61,029 nt of DNA, filler included, from 7 parts of 7 records of this genome joined end to end with filler, not necessarily neighbours in it, one strand, 5' to 3'; positions 8,848 to 19,819 are shown, counted from the first letter of the whole stretch. Notes: a model not told the origin generated them from the letters alone. Translations and numbers: made by a program.

Positions 8848-10412
8848 TCGCTCGACTTTCCTCCTGCGACGACAACCTATTGCGTCAGATGCTCAGCGGT
8901 ACTTTGCCACAGGATAGCGAGCACGCTGTGGCCGAACATCTCAATGAATGCACCAATTGCCAAGTCCGCTTAGAGACGTTGACCTCCGTCGACGCGGCTT
9001 GGCAAGATACAAAAGAGGCTTTGTCGGCTGCCCCAGCGGAAGTGCAGAGCGATTTTGCGGAGCCGTTTATCGCTGGCGACTCGAACAGAAGCGAGGACAA
9101 GAGGCCTTCGGATCTCGATGCCAACGAGGCAACTGCGCATGATATAGGTAGTTCAAAGCAGTCTGTTGCCCCTGAGCTTTCGGAGCACTGGGTTCAGAAA
9201 CACTTGGAGACAACAGAAGACGCTCGTTTTCTTGGGCAACTGGATGGCACACCAATTCGATCTGTGGTCGGCCAAGGCGGCATGGGGGTCGTCCTGAGGG
9301 CGCATGACACAGCGCTGAACCGCGAATTGGCTATCAAGCTTCTGTCCCCGATGCTTGCCAGCAACGGGACGTCGCGACAGAGATTCTTCCGAGAAGCCCA
9401 GGCGGCGGCCGCTGTCGTTCACCCCAATATTGTTCCGATCTACGCAGTTGCTGAAGACAGTAAGCTACCCTATCTGTCGATGCCATACGTCAGCGGCGGC
9501 AACTTGCAGCAGTTGATTCAACGCGATGGACAGCAAGAGATCGGACGCGTACTTTCGATCGGTCTGCAAGTCGCGGAGGGGTTGTCAGCCGCTCATGCAC
9601 AAGGAATCGTGCACCGTGATATCAAGCCGGCGAACCTGATGCTCGATGGCGGAGGCTTTCGAGTCATGTTGACAGATTTCGGTCTCGCCCGTGCCCTGGA
9701 TGACACTACACTCACGTGCAGCGGCATGATCTCCGGAACACCGCAATACATGAGCCCCGAACAGGCCAACGGAAAGTCCGTAGACCACAGAAGTGACATC
9801 TATTCGCTCGGAGCGGTGCTGTATGCCCTGGCGACCGGTCGTCCGCCTGTGACCGGCGACTCATCAATTGAGGTGCTTCGCCGGGTTGGTGATACCAAAC
9901 CGACGCCGGTGGTCGAGCTCAATGAGTCTTATCCAGTATGGTTTGACAACTTGCTGGCGAAGTTCATGAGCCCTGATGCGACAGACAGAATTCAATCCGC
10001 GAGCGAATGCTGTTCGCTGCTCCGCGAGGTGCTCGCCCACGTCCGCAGTCCCGCTCGCGTTGCACTTCCCGCCGAACTTCTGCCACAGCCCAAATGGGAA
10101 TGGAAGCAACTGGTTGCTTGGCCCATTGCAGCCGTAGTCTTCACTTGCCTTGGGTTCTTGATCGCTGACGGTCTCCGGCAAAACAATTCGAACGATGAAG
10201 CCGCCCCCAAGTCAGCACGGTCATCCAATGCAACGTCCGCCGATTCGGATAACGCGTCTGATGACCAGGGAAGTTTGCAAGGCAGCTTTCGCGGAGCGTC
10301 TTCAGGCGAACACTTGCCCCTCGCCCAAACGCCTAACCAGAACGAAATCGATCGAATGCTGTACGAATTGGAAGGCGATATCCGGCGACTACAATTCGAG
10401 ATCGATCAATAA
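8844..10412 (+). CDS. Ser/Thr protein kinase with N-terminal HxxxCxxC zinc motif and a TM helix
   Basis: HLNECTNC; GQGGMGVV, AIK, HRDIKPAN, DFG, SPE; start overlaps the sigma stop (ATGA). Confidence 0.95.
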   Translation: MIARLSSCDDNLLRQMLSGTLPQDSEHAVAEHLNECTNCQVRLETLTSVDAAWQDTKEALSAAPAEVQSDFAEPFIAGDSNRSEDKRPSDLDANEATAHDIGSSKQSVAPELSEHWVQKHLETTEDARFLGQLDGTPIRSVVGQGGMGVVLRAHDTALNRELAIKLLSPMLASNGTSRQRFFREAQAAAAVVHPNIVPIYAVAEDSKLPYLSMPYVSGGNLQQLIQRDGQQEIGRVLSIGLQVAEGLSAAHAQGIVHRDIKPANLMLDGGGFRVMLTDFGLARALDDTTLTCSGMISGTPQYMSPEQANGKSVDHRSDIYSLGAVLYALATGRPPVTGDSSIEVLRRVGDTKPTPVVELNESYPVWFDNLLAKFMSPDATDRIQSASECCSLLREVLAHVRSPARVALPAELLPQPKWEWKQLVAWPIAAVVFTCLGFLIADGLRQNNSNDEAAPKSARSSNATSADSDNASDDQGSLQGSFRGASSGEHLPLAQTPNQNEIDRMLYELEGDIRRLQFEIDQ

Positions 10413-10478
10413 TAGAACACACGTGTGCGTCCTCTCCCAAATTGCCTTAGTATTACAAACGTTGAATCGGAGCATTTC

Positions 10479-11723
10479 ATGCCAAAGAATATTTTCAAAG
10501 TCATGTTGGTCGGTGGTGGCGCGGCGATGGCCCTGTCGCTGGGTGCTTGGCAAGCGTCGGAATCCAACGCCTTAGCACAGGATATTCAGTACCAGCGTGC
10601 TCAGGCCGGACAGGCTCAGTACACGAATCGCCCCGTGTGGACCCCGCAGCAGGGTGATGCCAAGCCTACCACTGCGCGAGTGTACTCCGGACAAGCCGCT
10701 CCTGCCCAAAGCTATTCGGCGATCGGAAGGTTCCCTACCTCTGCAGCAACTACCTCAGCCGGCAATTTCTTCACTTTCGAGGCTCGTAGAAACACGGAAG
10801 CAGAACGCAAAGCCGACGTCCAGATTAGAAAGCTGTTAGAGCGTGCGAAGGCCAGCAACGAAGAAGAAGCCGCAGAAGTGACTCAGGAAATCAAGGCAAT
10901 CGTCGCGTCACAGTTCGATTCTCGCCACGACGAGCAGGTCGCGAAACTCAAAAAGCTGGAAGCTCAGCTCGAGAAGACTCGCACCGCCTTGGCCAGCCGT
11001 GAAGACAACCGCGATGAAATCATCGATCGCCGAGTTAAGGAATTGCTCGGGCAATCCAATCCGTTGGACTGGAACTACGAACCGGGATCATCGAACACGT
11101 TTAGTCGCAGGTTCTCCGGCAGCAGTCAGTTCTTCCCTTCGGCTCCAGTAGCGCCGGCTTCGCCAAAGTTGTCGCCTCCAACAGGCTTGCCACCAGCTTG
11201 GCCAGGAGTGAGCACTGGTCCCGCACGCCTGCCTGTCCAAACGACGACATCGAAAGATCTAATCGGGATTGCTCATGACGCGGCCCGTGCCAAGACGAGC
11301 ATCGAACAAACAAGACGTCTCGTCGAAAAGGGCGTGGTATCCGCCAGCGAACTACGCGAAGCAGAACTATTGGTTTCAGAGGCGAACGCCCGTTTCGAAG
11401 CATCAAAGCGAAATCTTCAGCGTAAGCTTCGCGAGGCTCAGGCTCAGATGGAAGCCAAGCTGGCCGAACTCGAGTTAGCCAAGACTCAACTCGCAAGTGC
11501 GGAGGATCAGGCCGAGCGTGAAGCAACGCAAGCCAAGGTCCGAATCGCGGAAATCCTGGCCAAACAGGTCCAAGGTCAGCTCGAGGCGGTCGCCGAAGAC
11601 CTGAGCTGGATTCAGTCTTTCGAAGACGAACAGGCGGAGGCAAGAGAAGCCGAAACGAAAGCAAAGCAGGATGCAGAGAAGGAAAAGGCTAACGCAAAGA
11701 AGAGCAGCGGATCGCGAAACTAG
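10479..11723 (+). CDS. secreted coiled-coil hypothetical protein
   Basis: Signal-peptide-like N-terminus; long E/K/A/Q heptad-rich segments. Confidence 0.75.
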   Translation: MPKNIFKVMLVGGGAAMALSLGAWQASESNALAQDIQYQRAQAGQAQYTNRPVWTPQQGDAKPTTARVYSGQAAPAQSYSAIGRFPTSAATTSAGNFFTFEARRNTEAERKADVQIRKLLERAKASNEEEAAEVTQEIKAIVASQFDSRHDEQVAKLKKLEAQLEKTRTALASREDNRDEIIDRRVKELLGQSNPLDWNYEPGSSNTFSRRFSGSSQFFPSAPVAPASPKLSPPTGLPPAWPGVSTGPARLPVQTTTSKDLIGIAHDAARAKTSIEQTRRLVEKGVVSASELREAELLVSEANARFEASKRNLQRKLREAQAQMEAKLAELELAKTQLASAEDQAEREATQAKVRIAEILAKQVQGQLEAVAEDLSWIQSFEDEQAEAREAETKAKQDAEKEKANAKKSSGSRN

Positions 11724-11862
11724 CCCGCTTTCGTTGCTTCGTTGAATCGCCACTCGTCTGCCTTAAACTGAATCAACCGCCGCAAACCCGTTTGTGTTTG
11801 TTGGCGGTTCGCAGCTTGCCCGCTGACGACAGACAACACGAGCATCGGCCTATCTCAGTTTT

Positions 11863-14478
11863 CTAGTCGATAAAGTTCAGCTCGTTGCTGATCATCAGCG
11901 CTTGGCAAAGGACTGCTTGTGATGAAAGAGCTTCTGGCAACGGCTCGGGAAGCTGCTTCTCGCTGCGATATTCTCTTGTTCCAGGATTGTAGAATACTCG
12001 CACTTTCCACTCGAACGAATCGTGGTTCACGCCGCCAAAGCAATCTGTGACAAAGTCGATCGTGTCGCCCGCCTTGACGCGGATCGTCGGAACAAGTGTG
12101 TCGGCGCGTGAATTGTGGACCTGCCACTGCCCATGCTGTTCTGCGGTCTCACCAATTCCATGGATAATCGTAGCTCTAACTCCATCGCCAGGCTCGTTCT
12201 TGTGGATCACGCGTCCCGCGATAGATACGGAACCATCTTCAGGAGCAACCCAACGTCTAACGACGGCGTGCTCCAAATCATTGCCTGGATGCCCGCCGAT
12301 GTCATTGATGGTGCACCAACCTAGTTGCGTGTCCGGGAGATCTTTTCCGCCTTGCCAGGCAGCCCCAGTAAAATGCGGTAGCGGTGTGAATTGTTCTAGG
12401 CGTGATGTTTCCACATTGAAGGGACCGTAACCACAGATCCACTGCTCCGACACAACATCATGCCTAGGCTCATGTGAAAGTAGATCTAGTGCACCTTTTA
12501 GTTCACTTTTTGAAGGCGGTCGGCGTAAAATCTGCTTGAATACAGCTCTCGCCCAGCGTTCCCGATCTTCCATGGGCACTTCGGCTGAAATCTTCTCTGC
12601 AAGTCCGATCGCTAGCTCCGCCACGAAGGGACTGTTCATGAGAAACAGACCTTGCTGAGGTACACTGGTCTCGGCACGCCTAGCGGAGTGGGCATCGGGG
12701 CTAGCTAGGTCAAAAGTGCGGAAGACTGAGGGTAAATTTTGCCGATCGATGTACGCATAAACACTGCGGCGCCGGCTAAAATCTTTAGATTCAATTCTCT
12801 CACTGGGACCGAATAGCTTTGAATCCAATTGATCAGCAACTAGAAGCAGCGTGTCACGGGATGCTTCAAAGTCTAGGCGTCTGATGTTCATCCGCCAAAA
12901 CAACTCGTTGGCCGGATCCGCCTCCTGGCCGTGAAGCGTGTGACTCGACTGTTGATATGCTTCCGACGTGACAATATGTTTAATGAGGCTCTTGAGGCTC
13001 CAGTCGTTCGCAATCAGGTAGCTTGCCAAATGGTCGAGCAATTCGGAGTGAGCAGGTTCAGGGCAACGCAGCCCTAGGTCACTCGGCGACTCGACAATCG
13101 AATGACCGGTCAAATGCATCCACACTCGATTCGCGATCACTCGGGCCGTAAGTGGATTCTCCGCCGAAGCAATGCGTTCGGCAAGCTCAAGACGGCCGCT
13201 GCCTTGCTGAAAATCGGTTGCTGTACGATTGAGGAAACTCACGAACCGTCGCGGAGCCTTCTCGCCTCGATTTCCACGCTGCCCCCGAATCAAGACAAAT
13301 GACGGAATAAGCTCTTCCCGATCGACCAATCGATGCGGCCAAGGCTCACCGCCCGGTTCCTGGGCATTCAAGAAGACACCGTAGAGCCCATAGTAATCTT
13401 TTTGTGTCACGGGATCGTATTTGTGGTCGTGACATCTGGCACACGAAACCGTTAACCCCATCAGCCCCCTTGAGACGACGTCGATTCGATCATCGATGAT
13501 GTCGTTCTGATTGTTCAGGAACCTTCGTCCGAGAGTTAAAAATCCCAAAGCAGGGATATTGTCAGGCGTTGCATCAGGAATCACATCAGCGGCTATTTGG
13601 TGCTTCAGGAACTCGTCATAGGGCATATCCTTGTTCAGCGACCGTATCAACCAGTCACGATACTTGTATGCTTCGGGGTACTCGCGATCTTCGCGGAAGA
13701 CATAGCCCTTGTTATCTGCATACCTAGCGACGTCCATCCAGTACCGTGCCCACCGTTCACCGAATTGTTCATTGGCGAGTAGTTCATCACAGACTGCCCC
13801 GACGTCAATCGTTCCGGAGTTATGTGTACTCGCCAAAATTTCTGCAGAAGGCGGTAGACCAATCAAGTCGTAATGAAGACGCCGCATCAGGCTTGTTGGC
13901 ACTGCTCGGCGTGATTGTTTTAGGCCGTGGCCTGTGAGGACTTTGTTGATCAGAAAGTCGACGGGGTGTCCAGTCGCAGGCGTCTCCTGTGAACTGATCG
14001 GTTGAAACGCCCAATGATCCTCGCCGGAGATACTCGCGGCCTCCTTTGCTGGGGCAGTGCCGACAAAGGAATCGGGAACGGGCGTACCCGCGTCAATCCA
14101 TTCGCGAAGTATCGCAATTTCTTTGTCGTCCAGCTTCCCGTCGGGCGGCATCTGCAACCTCGAGACGTCGTACGAAATGGCCTTCAACAGCAAAGACTTC
14201 TTACCGCCAGCGAGAACGTTGCCTCCAGCGCCGCCAGCTTGCATGGACGACAGGCTGTCCAGCACGAGTCCACCTTCGGCTTCGCCGCTTGCATGCGAAT
14301 GGCATTCGAAGCAACGCGATTGCAAAACTGTAAGAACTTTCTCAAACGACTCGTCTGCTCCGGCAGAACAAGTGCATGCTATCCAAGATGCCAGTATCAA
14401 CGCGATATTGGCTGCCAGACGCACAAACGCCGGCTTGCTTCGAATCAGGTGGACATCGCTTTGGTTGGTAACGCTCAT
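11863..14478 (-). CDS. planctomycete cytochrome c / DUF1549-DUF1553 (PSCyt2/PSD1) protein
   Basis: Heme motifs CFECH and CARCHDHKYDP; FGERWARYWMDVARYAD; NPLTARVIANRVW. Confidence 0.92.
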   Translation of the reverse strand: MSVTNQSDVHLIRSKPAFVRLAANIALILASWIACTCSAGADESFEKVLTVLQSRCFECHSHASGEAEGGLVLDSLSSMQAGGAGGNVLAGGKKSLLLKAISYDVSRLQMPPDGKLDDKEIAILREWIDAGTPVPDSFVGTAPAKEAASISGEDHWAFQPISSQETPATGHPVDFLINKVLTGHGLKQSRRAVPTSLMRRLHYDLIGLPPSAEILASTHNSGTIDVGAVCDELLANEQFGERWARYWMDVARYADNKGYVFREDREYPEAYKYRDWLIRSLNKDMPYDEFLKHQIAADVIPDATPDNIPALGFLTLGRRFLNNQNDIIDDRIDVVSRGLMGLTVSCARCHDHKYDPVTQKDYYGLYGVFLNAQEPGGEPWPHRLVDREELIPSFVLIRGQRGNRGEKAPRRFVSFLNRTATDFQQGSGRLELAERIASAENPLTARVIANRVWMHLTGHSIVESPSDLGLRCPEPAHSELLDHLASYLIANDWSLKSLIKHIVTSEAYQQSSHTLHGQEADPANELFWRMNIRRLDFEASRDTLLLVADQLDSKLFGPSERIESKDFSRRRSVYAYIDRQNLPSVFRTFDLASPDAHSARRAETSVPQQGLFLMNSPFVAELAIGLAEKISAEVPMEDRERWARAVFKQILRRPPSKSELKGALDLLSHEPRHDVVSEQWICGYGPFNVETSRLEQFTPLPHFTGAAWQGGKDLPDTQLGWCTINDIGGHPGNDLEHAVVRRWVAPEDGSVSIAGRVIHKNEPGDGVRATIIHGIGETAEQHGQWQVHNSRADTLVPTIRVKAGDTIDFVTDCFGGVNHDSFEWKVRVFYNPGTREYRSEKQLPEPLPEALSSQAVLCQALMISNELNFID

Positions 14479-14754
14479 GAGAACACCAAGAATCCGAGAG
14501 GCGGGAGAACGAACCGATGGTCGGGTCGTTTGAGGCGGGAGGGAAGGAAGCAGGTGAAGGCTAACCATTCCGAAGTATGGATACTCTTCGTGCCGACGCA
14601 GCAGATCAACGATCATGCTGACTTCCAGGGCCCATTATCGCTGGAAGCGGTGAGGAACACAACAAGGATCGTTACGCGCTCGCAGAGCTCCAGCTCTCGG
14701 ATCCGGCCCAGGGGGCTGTGAGTCAGGCGACCGGCTGACTCTAGGCCCAAAGAG

Positions 14755-15243
14755 CTAGCCGTCAATTTCGTGGCGTAGATACTGCTTCCAGGTGATGTGC
14801 GTCTGTTTTTCGTCAACGCCTCGGGTGATCACAAGCGTCGTTGAGCGGTTTCTAGAATTGACAACTATCAAGTGGAACGCGAATGGTCTCCCGTCGGATT
14901 CATCGCTAAAGACGACGCTGCGACCCGCGTCCGCAGCAATTCCAAGTTTCTTGTCGGTCGCTCGCCGGCGTTTAAGCAGCGTCCTGTAGAACGCGACGAC
15001 TTTTTCCACTGAGTCGGGCGTTGTCATCGTGGTCTTGAGCACCGTCGATGGTGCGGTCCGATCCCCTTTGGCATCGATGGTTGCCGCGTCAGACATGTTG
15101 GATTTGCCAATCTTTGCATCCGGATATCGCCACTTTACTATCGTGCCAATCAAGGTGACCGGTTCTTCGCCGTCTGCGGCAAATGATGTGGGGATTCCGA
15201 GAAAGAGGAAAGCAAGCGATGCATTCAAACTAATTCGTCGCAT
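14755..15243 (-). CDS. secreted hypothetical protein
   Basis: Signal peptide ending SFA-A; 162 aa. Confidence 0.7.
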   Translation of the reverse strand: MRRISLNASLAFLFLGIPTSFAADGEEPVTLIGTIVKWRYPDAKIGKSNMSDAATIDAKGDRTAPSTVLKTTMTTPDSVEKVVAFYRTLLKRRRATDKKLGIAADAGRSVVFSDESDGRPFAFHLIVVNSRNRSTTLVITRGVDEKQTHITWKQYLRHEIDG

Positions 15244-15310
15244 GTTGTGACCTGCGTTTGGAGTTGAAGTCCTGTCCGAAAGTGCGACACGGACGAGCCC
15301 AATTTCTTAG

Positions 15311-15490
15311 CTAAATTCTGAAGTATTCATACAAGAAGCTGACGCCACAGCAACACTTGGCACCCAACATGGCGTCTGACCGCTGGGGATTGACCGAATA
15401 CTCCGACGTGGCGCTATCGGGTGCAAAGAACTCCTGCGCCGACCAGCTCGTCCAACAACCTGTAAGCCGTCGGTTTGGAGATACGCTGAT
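15311..15490 (-). pseudogene. possible remnant of a C-terminal HTH (Fic-like) coding region
   Basis: ISKPTAYRLLDELVGAGVL and FLYEYFRI lie in different frames; no intact gene. Confidence 0.3.
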
Positions 15491-15579
15491 CGCTCGGCAC
15501 CGCATTCGCGAATGCAGCAAACTTTTCAGCGGCAAACTTAGTTGAAGGGAAACAACACACGGTCATGCGTGCGACTCCC

Positions 15580-16563
15580 CTACTCTTTGTGTTCAACAAA
15601 GAACTGAACGGTGCGTCTGATGATCTCTTCTCGTGATGGTTCGATCTGTTCCGCAACCTTCCGCCAATTGTGTCCAGCGCCGTTGACGATCAAAGTTTCG
15701 ACCGGCGCCATCACGCGCTCAGCTTGGCGCCGCATGTAATGTGCGTGCTTGACCGGAATCGTCGTATCTTGATCCCCCTGAATCATCAGGAGTGGCGGAC
15801 TGTCCTTGCTCAGGTAGTTTACCGGACTAACTTCGCGATACCGCAGGAGTTTGTCTGCCGATTCGTTGTCATCGGAACCAAGAATCCGGGCTGCAAAGCG
15901 GTCTCGGAAATCGGTGCGGTTATCGTGGTTGAACAGATCGATTCTCTCGAAATCGCACGGCCCGTACCACGAAACGCCTGCGACCATCGCATAAGCAACA
16001 TCGGCCAATTCTCTATCTCCGGGCAATTCACTCGGCGACGTTAGCAAGAGCATCTGCGCGATATGGCCTCCTGCAGAGTCCCCCATGACATAGAATCCCG
16101 TCGCATCAATGTGCAGCAATTCTCTGTGCTTGGCCAGGTAACGTATCGCATCCTTGCAGTCGATAACACAGTCACGCATCGTAACGCCGCTGTCTTTCTT
16201 GGCGAGTCGATAGGAAACTGGCGCAATCGCGAATCCTTGCTTCAGTAGTTCTTGAAAAACAGTGGCGAAGGAACCGCTCGCTGCCTTATATCGACTGCCC
16301 GCCGCCCAACCTCCTCCGTGGGTGAAGACTACCACAGGATATGGCTTGTTCGATTCCTTCACTGGGTAGTACAAATCAAGTCGCAGTTGCCGTCGCCCAA
16401 CCGACTTGTAAACAACCTCAAGCTTGGATTGCCCGCTGGTCTTCAGGTACTTCGATTTCGGTGCAGAGCCCTTAACAGCCCGGTCAGGCGACGCCTCCTG
16501 CGCGAAACTCAGATTCCACTGCATCAATGCAATCAAGACGGTGATGATAGCGATTCTGTTCAT
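15580..16563 (-). CDS. alpha/beta hydrolase (carboxylesterase/lipase-like), secreted
   Basis: HGGGW, GDSAGG, GDQD, GAGH catalytic motifs; signal peptide. Confidence 0.92.
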   Translation of the reverse strand: MNRIAIITVLIALMQWNLSFAQEASPDRAVKGSAPKSKYLKTSGQSKLEVVYKSVGRRQLRLDLYYPVKESNKPYPVVVFTHGGGWAAGSRYKAASGSFATVFQELLKQGFAIAPVSYRLAKKDSGVTMRDCVIDCKDAIRYLAKHRELLHIDATGFYVMGDSAGGHIAQMLLLTSPSELPGDRELADVAYAMVAGVSWYGPCDFERIDLFNHDNRTDFRDRFAARILGSDDNESADKLLRYREVSPVNYLSKDSPPLLMIQGDQDTTIPVKHAHYMRRQAERVMAPVETLIVNGAGHNWRKVAEQIEPSREEIIRRTVQFFVEHKE

Positions 16564-16625
16564 TGTTCGAACTCATTGCGACAGGAACGATTCTGGAGAA
16601 AGGACAACAGGCACTTGCTCGTTCG

Positions 16626-17597
16626 CTACAGGACGGTCGTGGCGTAGAAGTTGCTGACCGAGAAGTACAGAAAGACTGCGACGGCGATGCTCGCAGCAAT
16701 GACGACTGCGCCGATCTTTCGTGTGCGTTTGATCTGCCACCACATCACGAGGCCTGTCGCACCCCAGACGACCATCGCCACGGCCATCGCGTCGAGGATG
16801 ATTGTCCAGAAGAGTCGCCCGTTCCAGTGGGGACCTTGGCCATGCGTGGTGTGCAGCCGCATCAGGAAGCCACGCCATGTCATGCCGTGACTTCCGTCGA
16901 ATTCATTGGCCTCAACATGACCATCCCGTAGTACATAGGTAATCCGTGCGGGTTGGTCATCGACGGTGGCGACAAAGTTCAGCTTTATGTATGCATGCGG
17001 CTTCGGCTCACTGGCACCGGACAATCCACCGGCGTCGATCACAGCTTGCGCGGTATCTCTTTGTGCGGCAAGCGGATTCGTTTCCAAGGTTATGTTCTTA
17101 ATGTCGCGAAGTATCTTCTTCGGCTTGATGTCGTCAGCGGGCAATCGTGTGAGGCTCGAAGTGTGCGTTGTTGGGTTGATGGCGACTACGTATTTTTGGC
17201 CATCGACAACCGTCTGAAACATCATGTCGTTGGAATATTCTGGGGAATACTCAGGATCGACTGCAATGGATTGGCCGCTGGTCGATGACAGTTCCGCTGC
17301 AACTTGTTCTGCCAGCGCTGCTGGCGCTGGGAAGTTAGATATGTTGGTTTTGGCAAGTTGTTCGGCACCGAAGTGTTGTATGTTGACGTCCGGAAGAAAC
17401 CAGCGGTGGTTATACATAGCGCCCGTGATGCCATACAGAAAGACCCACGGAAGAAGGAACAAGCCGGCGTACAAGTGGATGCGTCGCAATATGATCAGCG
17501 CTTTGGTCCACCGCGCTCGACCGGAGCGAGGCTTCTGCTCCTGTGAACTTGGTTGAGAGGCATTGGAGTCAGTGGTGGCTTCGTTGGAAGATTTCAT
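16626..17597 (-). CDS. PepSY-associated TM helix protein
   Basis: RRIHLYAGLFLLPW...GITG; LMRLHTTH; ATGLVMWW. Confidence 0.8.
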   Translation of the reverse strand: MKSSNEATTDSNASQPSSQEQKPRSGRARWTKALIILRRIHLYAGLFLLPWVFLYGITGAMYNHRWFLPDVNIQHFGAEQLAKTNISNFPAPAALAEQVAAELSSTSGQSIAVDPEYSPEYSNDMMFQTVVDGQKYVVAINPTTHTSSLTRLPADDIKPKKILRDIKNITLETNPLAAQRDTAQAVIDAGGLSGASEPKPHAYIKLNFVATVDDQPARITYVLRDGHVEANEFDGSHGMTWRGFLMRLHTTHGQGPHWNGRLFWTIILDAMAVAMVVWGATGLVMWWQIKRTRKIGAVVIAASIAVAVFLYFSVSNFYATTVL

Positions 17598-17859
17598 CTC
17601 TGATTGCTTCGTATTAGTCGCGGTATTCTTAGGAAATCAGTTGTACCGGAGTGGCAATGACTCTTTCGGGAAGGCCGCCGATGTGCGGTACGGTTTGAGC
17701 CCGTTGGAATCAAGACTTGAGGCGAACCATATTAGCCTATATGGGACTCATCGGAACTGCGTCCGGCTGCTCGCCCTTCGCGATGTATCCTCGCTACCCT
17801 TGCAGCAGCGTTGGCTGAGGAGCGTGGCCTGATCGAATCAAAGCCCGATCGAGGGCTAC

Positions 17860-18370
17860 CTAGTTTCTAGCCGCGTCATCCGCTTGGAAGGCGGCTTTCC
17901 AAGCAGGTGGCAGTAATTCTGAGTAGATTCCAGCAGATTCGCGGAGAAGGTTTTCAATTTGCCGAACGCACTCGGCCGGCAAGCCAGCGAAGTACTCTGG
18001 GCTGATTCGACGCTGGATGATCCGGTCCCTAAACTGGAATCGAAGACAGTCAGTCGCCAAGAGCAACTGCAGCGAGGCCTCTGGCACGTGAGCGCCAGTG
18101 CCGAGTGCGGAGAGTGGCCACGGAGCTAAGGTCTCAAGGAGAGTGTTCAGCAATGCTTCCTCGTCGGCCCACTTGCGGATTTGCCGAATCACACTGAACA
18201 GGTGCTGTAGCCCAATGTCGACGGACCAGTGGTTCGCAGCGGTGACGGATGGCACGTTCCTCGACAAGCTCGTTGGTAACGCGGTGTTCTCTTCGGAACG
18301 ATTTAGCAGAATCCAACTGCTCCAGTGAAAGACTCGGCATCCCCATATTGCCGCATCGATTTGCAAATCG
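17860..18370 (-). CDS. hypothetical protein, 5' truncated by the contig end
   Basis: Open frame runs to the contig edge. Confidence 0.55.
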
Positions 18371-18470
18371 NNNNNNNNNNNNNNNNNNNNNNNNNNNNNN
18401 NNNNNNNNNNNNNNTTAATTAATTAANNNNNNNNNNNNNNNNNNNNNNNNNNNNNNNNNNNNNNNNNNNN
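18371..18470. other. artificial contig linker
   Basis: N run with TTAATTAATTAA. Confidence 0.99.
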
Positions 18471-18740
18471 TGCCGGCTTCAGCCGGCCAATTGCTGACAC
18501 ACCCGGCATAACATCTCCGCCTAAAGGTGGTACAACGAACGCGCACGCGACACGCAGTTTGTAGTACCGGCTTCAGCCGGCCAGTTCCGCACTCGCCCCG
18601 TCAGGTTTCCGCCTAAAGGCGGTACTACAAACGCACACACGACACGCAGTTCGTAGTACCGGCTTTAGCCGGCGGTTTTCTCAGGCTCCCGCGTGACTTG
18701 CCCGGCATAACGTTTCCACCTGAAGGTGTTACTACTAGCA
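18471..18740. repeat. BIME-like cluster of six alternating GTAG-type REP palindromes
   Basis: GTAGTACCGGCTT(C/T)AGCCGG alternates with inverted CCGCCTAAAGGCGGTACTAC; repeated linker ACGC..ACGCAGTT. Confidence 0.85.
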
Positions 18741-18804
18741 AATCAGCACCAGCAGAGGCGAGGGCGCCCGCTGCATCGTCTACTCACTTGGATTGCGATT
18801 CTTC

Positions 18805-19245
18805 ATGGCTCATGTTCACCTGTCGAAGTTGTAACTTCGTATTTGCGGCGACTTGCTAGAGCCGGCAGAAATTTCCGAGCTACTCTGTGGACAGCCCACG
18901 TTTTGCCACACTAAGGGTGATAGGATCGGCGGCAAGCGTATGGAGGCGGTACGCATCGCGCGATCCGGAATGTGGCAGCTTTCCGTGGAAAAGCGTACGC
19001 CAGAGAATTTGGACGGCCAACTGCGAGAGATGTTTGGTCAGCTAACAGACGATCTACAAGTTTGGCGTCAAATCAATGAATCCTATTCAGCAGATCTGTT
19101 CGTCGGCATCTTCATGCAAGGCTGGAATGAAGGTTTGACTCTATCGGGCAGCGTCGTCAAGATGATAGCTGAACGCGGGCTCGAAATCGGATTCGATATC
19201 TACGGCCCTAGCCGAGATGATGCGAATAACACGAGCGCGGTATAA
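18805..19245 (+). pseudogene. DUF4279-like protein with an early in-frame stop
   Basis: MAHVHLSKL*LRICGDLLEPAEISELL...GLEIGFDIY; TAA at 18832-18834. Confidence 0.6.
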
Positions 19246-19351
19246 GTAGCTCGTTGACGAGCCGCCTGGTGTTTGTAACTGACTAAGAAAGACCGTCGGT
19301 AGCGGATACGCATTACATCGAGCTCAATCGTGGTGGTTTAGGTGCAAGTCG

Positions 19352-19768
19352 ATGATTTGTTTGCTTGTGTGGGGCGTGGGACTGATGTTGCACGTGTTAA
19401 TTGGCATTCTGCATATCTTCGTGCGACAACGCGATGAAAAAGTTACCTTGGCGGATTGGATCAATGCCGCCCTAATTGTTGCGAACTCGTGCGTTGCAGT
19501 GATTGCATGTGGCAATCTTTCAAAAGGCCATCCGACTGCGCAGTTCAATGCACATAGCAAGGATGCGATGGCTGCGTGGATGACCTGGATGGAGATCTGG
19601 CCAACGCTTTTTATGATTGCTCAGGTGTTGGCGGGAGCGAACGTTGTTGCCACAGGTTTGCTGTACCTCGTCATTGGTAGAAAGAAAGACACAATCATTG
19701 GAGTCGCCGGGATAGTGACGGCGATCGCGGCCGTTATGTTTCTTGGCATTGCAAGCCCGCGAGCGTAA
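19352..19768 (+). CDS. hypothetical membrane protein
   Basis: About four hydrophobic segments. Confidence 0.55.
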   Translation: MICLLVWGVGLMLHVLIGILHIFVRQRDEKVTLADWINAALIVANSCVAVIACGNLSKGHPTAQFNAHSKDAMAAWMTWMEIWPTLFMIAQVLAGANVVATGLLYLVIGRKKDTIIGVAGIVTAIAAVMFLGIASPRA

Positions 19769-19819
19769 ATCGTGGCGGCAACCTAGATGCCGTAACAACG
19801 ACCTTGTCGAACCTGTGGG

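Noticed and set aside
11855-17830. Many short overlapping ORFs in the GC-rich contigs
   Set aside because: Alternative-frame or antisense shadows of well-supported genes.
17598-17859. Cobalamin riboswitch upstream of the PepSY-TM gene
   Set aside because: The conserved B12-box elements were not found in the right order.
18471-18740. CRISPR array
   Set aside because: Units alternate in orientation and the linkers repeat, which fits REP/BIME organisation.
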